Origin: a candidate division FCPU426 bacterium
GTDB lineage: Bacteria > Oederibacteriota > Muellerivitia > Muellerivitales > DAHXKG01
NCBI GenBank assembly: GCA_027366525.1
Contig: DAHXKG010000003.1
Location: forward strand, 5,453 to 69,452
Reading direction: 5' to 3'
DNA: 64,000 bases
The position numbers and the translations under genes were made by a program. How positions within the stretch are numbered: position 1 is the first letter of the stretch; every line of letters starts with the position of its first letter. The notes under the pieces are model-generated. The model saw only the letters and a list, made by a program, of their open reading frames with translations, did not search any database and was not told where the DNA came from. Of this stretch, positions 63,442 to 64,000 are shown piece after piece.

Positions 63442-64000
63442 ACAATTCAGCGGTTTGGAGTGCATGAACGAGAAGATCATTTTGAGCGTTTGATTGAAGA
63501 CCAATGCGAAAATAACGATCACCAAGTCCGGGATGGAATGATAAAACTCGAATAAACATTTTTTTTTCTTTGAGGAGCCAAGCTTGAAGTTTTTGGGCTG
63601 AAAAAGATGGCGCAAGCCCTTGGAAGGTAAAGGCCGGCAATACCGAAGGAGCGATCTTAAATCCAGAAAGTTGAGCGCATTTTTTTTCAAAGTCCAATTG
63701 AAGGGCATGATTCAAGGATTGACTGTCCTTGATCCAGGCGCAATGTTCCAGAAGAAACCGTCCCAGTTCGATCGCCAAGGTAGAAATGGGCCAAGGTTCT
63801 TGAGATTGTTTTAAAGTTCCAGCCAGCCAATCCGGAACTACAAGCCAGCCTAGACGCAACCCCGGAACACAATATCCTTTCGAAAAAGAGCGAAGAATAA
63901 TTAAATTGGGGGGTAAGGGATATTGCAGCATTGATTCACAGGACGTGTCGGCTAGATCAAAACAAGTTTCATCAATTAAAAAATAGATTTGCGGATATTG
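63434..64000 (-). CDS. Threonine-phosphate decarboxylase-like PLP enzyme (CobD/HisC type), 5' end outside window
   Basis: RSFSK...PGLRLG PLP-lysine motif; adjacent to cbiB. Confidence 0.8.
   Translation of the reverse strand, partial: QYPQIYFLIDETCFDLADTSCESMLQYPLPPNLIILRSFSKGYCVPGLRLGWLVVPDWLAGTLKQSQEPWPISTLAIELGRFLLEHCAWIKDSQSLNHALQLDFEKKCAQLSGFKIAPSVLPAFTFQGLAPSFSAQKLQAWLLKEKKMFIRVLSFHPGLGDRYFRIGLQSNAQNDLLVHALQTAELYD

Noticed and set aside
63442-63708. Long 5' extensions in the ORF track for cbiB (similarly btuB, thiO, fabI)
   Set aside because: They overlap upstream genes or leaders; downstream ATGs at the start of conserved sequence, most with an RBS, fit better.

Overview
A 64 kb window from an AT-rich diderm bacterial chromosome (TonB-dependent receptor, hldD) that spans the replication origin. 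It holds dnaA-dnaN with DnaA boxes and DnaA-trios, recF-DUF721-gyrB-gyrA, and the rpmH-rnpA-yidD-yidC-jag-mnmE operon. That operon lies about 30 kb from dnaA instead of being divergent from it, and an NHL-lipoprotein gene and its pseudogene mark the apparent block-swap junctions. Other content includes a cobalamin-riboswitch-controlled BtuB plus BacA-type ABC transporter, scattered cobinamide salvage genes, and a large Pro/Thr-repeat secreted protein with FlgD-Ig-like domains. There is also a sigma70-HspR-DegP operon with a HAIR-like operator, a histidine pseudokinase, and lexA with a candidate non-canonical SOS box. The most striking element is a GC-richer insert of about 3.5 kb that splits a GH31 alpha-xylosidase gene. 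It carries a truncated IS1380 and a co-oriented array of gene units (MNT-HEPN pair, SAM methyltransferase, SnoaL protein, an AlbA/HATPase-like fragment). These units are separated by a 15-bp direct repeat, GTCCACGAYGGGGAC (GTCC-N7-GGAC), which looks like an integron-like but non-attC gene-cassette system. All calls come from reading the sequence and recognising motifs; no searches were run.
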